A stretch of DNA of 64,000 nt, from NCBI GenBank assembly GCA_964450225.1, contig CAYVFT010000002.1:4044-68043 (forward strand), written 5' to 3'; not shown here. The text below holds more notes on this DNA, generated by a model. The model ran no database searches. It worked only from the letters and a program-made list of their open reading frames with translations, and was not told the origin of the DNA. Position 1 is the first letter of the stretch. This stretch comes from an uncultured Crenothrix sp. GTDB taxonomy: Bacteria; Pseudomonadota; Gammaproteobacteria; Methylococcales; Methylomonadaceae.

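Noticed and set aside
44315-63812. Plus-strand and alternative-frame ORFs of 60-220 aa across the rest of the giant gene. Examples: 50380-51045, 57619-58440, 59412-60017 and 62572-63105.
   Set aside because: These are antisense shadows of the repeat arrays. Their periodicity simply mirrors the sense-strand repeats, and there is no independent coding evidence.
63852-63854. ATG at 63854 as the start codon of the giant protein, as implied by the ORF track.
   Set aside because: The frame stays open for all 48 upstream codons to the window edge, and those codons continue the same repeat motif. The true start is outside the window.

Overview
The window has three parts and looks proteobacterial by gene content, though the taxon is not determinable from sequence alone. 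(1) 1-17,479: two convergent operons for a lipid or glycolipid pathway. They encode a fully reducing type I PKS (5' end cut by the window), a translationally coupled alpha-oxoamine synthase, a membrane glycosyltransferase, a SAM methyltransferase, a membrane sulfatase-family transferase, an SDR, KpsS- and KpsC-like Kdo transferases, an Sfp-type PPTase and a gamma-glutamyltransferase. (2) 18,229-28,097: an unusual envelope-export-like cluster. It has a TolC-family outer-membrane factor convergent with a minus-strand gene string: a short membrane-fusion protein (MFP), a C-terminally truncated SecA paralogue, an M50 site-2-protease fused to an MFP domain, and a PilZ-GAF-MFP fusion. A SapC-family gene lies upstream of these four after a 357-nt gap. 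No ABC, RND or MFS inner-membrane pump is visible in the window. (3) 28,512-64,000: one uninterrupted minus-strand ORF of more than 11,800 codons that is still open at the window edge. It encodes a giant repeat-rich surface protein with an array of 8 units of about 300 aa, beta-solenoid-like repeats, an internal RTX-type Ca-binding block, 11 Ig-like domains with EF-hand-like loops, and a C-terminal HExxHxxGxxH metzincin motif. The ORF is a sharp codon-usage mosaic. I saw no rRNA, tRNA, CRISPR array or transposase. The most interesting candidate is the SecA-like / triple-MFP / M50 / PilZ / TolC cluster transcribed in the same direction as the giant protein gene and directly downstream of it. 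All domain calls rest on motif recognition by eye and need HMM or BLAST confirmation.
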